This document shows, piece by piece, positions 61,915 to 64,000 of a stretch of 64,000 nucleotides of DNA (within the stretch, counting starts at the first letter, position 1; every line of letters begins with the position of its first letter). The translations under genes and the position numbers were made by a program. The notes beneath the pieces were generated by a model that was not told where the DNA came from, did no database searches, and saw only the letters and a program-made list of their open reading frames with translations. The DNA is from Octopus bimaculoides (lineage: Eukaryota): assembly GCF_001194135.2 (NCBI RefSeq), contig NC_068984.1, forward strand, positions 55,948,663 through 56,012,662. The letters are read 5' to 3'.

Positions 61915-62514
61915 AAACCACCATGATTCAACAGAGGAGAAGATAGCTGCAGTAAGGTATTGAGGAGTACAGAGAGAATGATGAGGCAATAAAGACACTT
62001 TGGTCATCCACTGCATCTGTCTCTATCCCAAATCATCTTGACCTGGTTTTGCCACTAGATTGAAGGTGTCACAGACAAAAGAATGGGGCTGATGGGGCAC
62101 AACACTTCTTCATTTTAAACAAAGTCAACATGCAAGTCATTGGTCATCTCCAAAGATAACTAGATGGTCCTTGTCACTCTGACAGATGAACAAGAGTAAC
62201 ACTAAAGGTTTCTCTTAACCCTATGTTAACCTCACTCATTTAACATCACTTCATAAAGAGAACAACACGAAATTTATGCATCAAAATACGAAAATAATAA
62301 CATTTACAAAATGTGGCATTTCTGAACTCCTGCTAGTGTTTATTAATAGCTTGGAAAATGGTAAATGGTGTAAATATGTATTTCTAACATGCTCCAAGAA
62401 TATTACTAAAAATGAAAGATCTATAAGTTTTCTCTGAACATTTAACTCTTTTGATACCAACCTGCCTGAGATCGCCGTTAGTTCAAGCAGCCATAAGGTA
62501 AAATAATCCTTTCT

Positions 62515-62710
62515 ACTAAAAGCACAAGGCTTTAAATTTTTTTGGCAGGGGTATAGCCCAGTACTCAACAAGTACTTATTTTATTGACCCTAGAAGGATG
62601 AAAAGCAAAGTCTACCTCGGCGGAATTTGAACTCAGTACATGGAGATGGATGAAATAATGCTAAGTATTTTGCCCAACATACTACCAACTCTGCCAGCTC
62701 ACTGTCTTTC
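62515..62710 (-). mobile_element. SINE family A copy
   Basis: gtacttattttattgaccctagaaggatgaaaagcaaagtctacctcggcggaatttgaactcag. Confidence 0.85.
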
Positions 62711-62759
62711 CATAAGGTAAAATAATGACTAGCAGAACTCTTTTATTAATTTTGCTTAC

Positions 62760-62788
62760 CTCAGCCACTATAACCACAATCCATACTG
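62760..62788 (-). CDS. candidate 29-nt micro-exon (VWIVVIVAE)
   Basis: Acceptor tatatattttatag| (NAGNAG) and consensus donor gag|gtaagc. Confidence 0.25.
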
Positions 62789-63180
62789 CTATAAAATATA
62801 TATATCTATATGTATATAGATATATATATTGGTCTTTCAAATACACAGAATTATAATGATAAAATAGCTGGGTTTTTTAATTAGGGCCCCTTTTTTAATC
62901 TAGGCCTAAGTGAGAATTCTTTATAACATCTGCTACATATTCAGAACTAACTTCATCCACTCATGCCTTCAATATGTTTTAGTAAACTTAATAAATCAAT
63001 ATTTGTCTTTCTTTATATGTACATCTATATTTATTCTTAGCCACACACCCGCATTCCATGTGTAACAGGTTTCATAGTGACCTGGTTTTCTCTCCAGGTT
63101 ATTGATGTATCAATTCAAATCTGATGACAATCCCATGTGAAAGAGAATATGACCATAATAAAATGCTACCACTTGCTTAC

Positions 63181-63220
63181 CAGCCATCCCAAATCCATAG
63201 ACTGCTCAGCAAACTGTGTA
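63181..63220 (-). CDS. candidate 40-nt exon (TQFAEQSMDLGWL or HSLLSSLWIWDG)
   Basis: Acceptor ttcatttttcattatccaaag| and donor ctg|gtaagc. Confidence 0.25.
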
Positions 63221-64000
63221 CTTTGGATAATGAAAAATGAAGCAACTATTTTATTTATTTTTAATATACACATAGTTGGTTGAAAGAAACTCATCCATCA
63301 GGGAATCACGTGACAGTTTGAGAAAACCAATCTCAGATTTCATCAGAAGGACTGGTAGGTAGGGTAAGGTGCCAATGAAGGGCAGAAAATGCCACGTCCA
63401 GCATTATGGATGTCATAAAAAAAACGTGGGAAAAAACCCCCAGTGAGGATACTTTTGTTCACTGGAGTTATGTCCCTTCAATAGGGTTCAAGAAAATACC
63501 ATCATGATGTATGTGGTAATTGCCTCTAGAGTGGAGTTGAGGCTGAGATGAGGGTATGATAGGATTGATGGGTGAAGGAAGTGCAGATGGGAGAAGTGTC
63601 AGTCTTAAAATCATGTGTGGCTATGTATATGTTTGTATATACATAAAGACATGATTGTGTGTGTTTGTACATAATAAAGCTTGGTGGAGAAAACCTTATG
63701 TCAAACTCACAGATTGTGGTGAAGGGATATCCCAATGATAGAAGCTATAATGTTTATATTCATGGTGCAGTCTACCAGTATCCAAGGTTATATCTGCAGT
63801 CATAGAAGTAGGATCAGAAAAATTCATTTTACAGTTCAAGTAGGTGTCTGGGTAAAGATAGTTCTCTAGTATAACTCTTTTCTCTGCTAATCAGAGCCTA
63901 CACCTTCTACTGCAACTAAAATAAGGTTTGCACCTCTCCAATACTTTCCACTTGATGTATTCTGGGAGGTAGAGCAAGATTTACCCATTATGATACAGTG

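Overview
This is AT-rich, repeat-saturated eukaryotic genomic DNA from a gapped short-read scaffold: 13 N-runs, most flanked by microsatellites. The SINE complement looks like an octopod cephalopod (Octopus-like); this rests on recognising the repeats and was not database-checked. There is no prokaryotic operon, CRISPR array, rRNA or intact tRNA, and almost all long ORFs in the track are microsatellite or gap artefacts. Well-supported content is mobile DNA: a DD37D (maT) Tc1/mariner deletion derivative, a Buster-type hAT derivative with TSD, a decayed Gypsy pol, a Penelope GIY-YIG remnant with a vestigial hammerhead-like motif, a DINE-1/HINE-like element, a second Tc1/mariner remnant, a 3.0-kb two-LTR Gypsy element lacking RT/RNase H, an RTE LINE 3' end, several foldback/MITE elements and dozens of SINE copies from at least four families. 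The most unusual object is a 597-bp TIR element (56966-57562, perfect 8-bp TSD) built as three nested inverted repeats around a (CCCTAA)n(TTAGGG)n palindrome. CpG decay in SINE copies splits the window into CpG-retaining and CpG-depleted domains, and several minus-strand short-exon candidates with strong splice signals suggest host transcripts. No host protein could be identified, so all exon calls are hypotheses.
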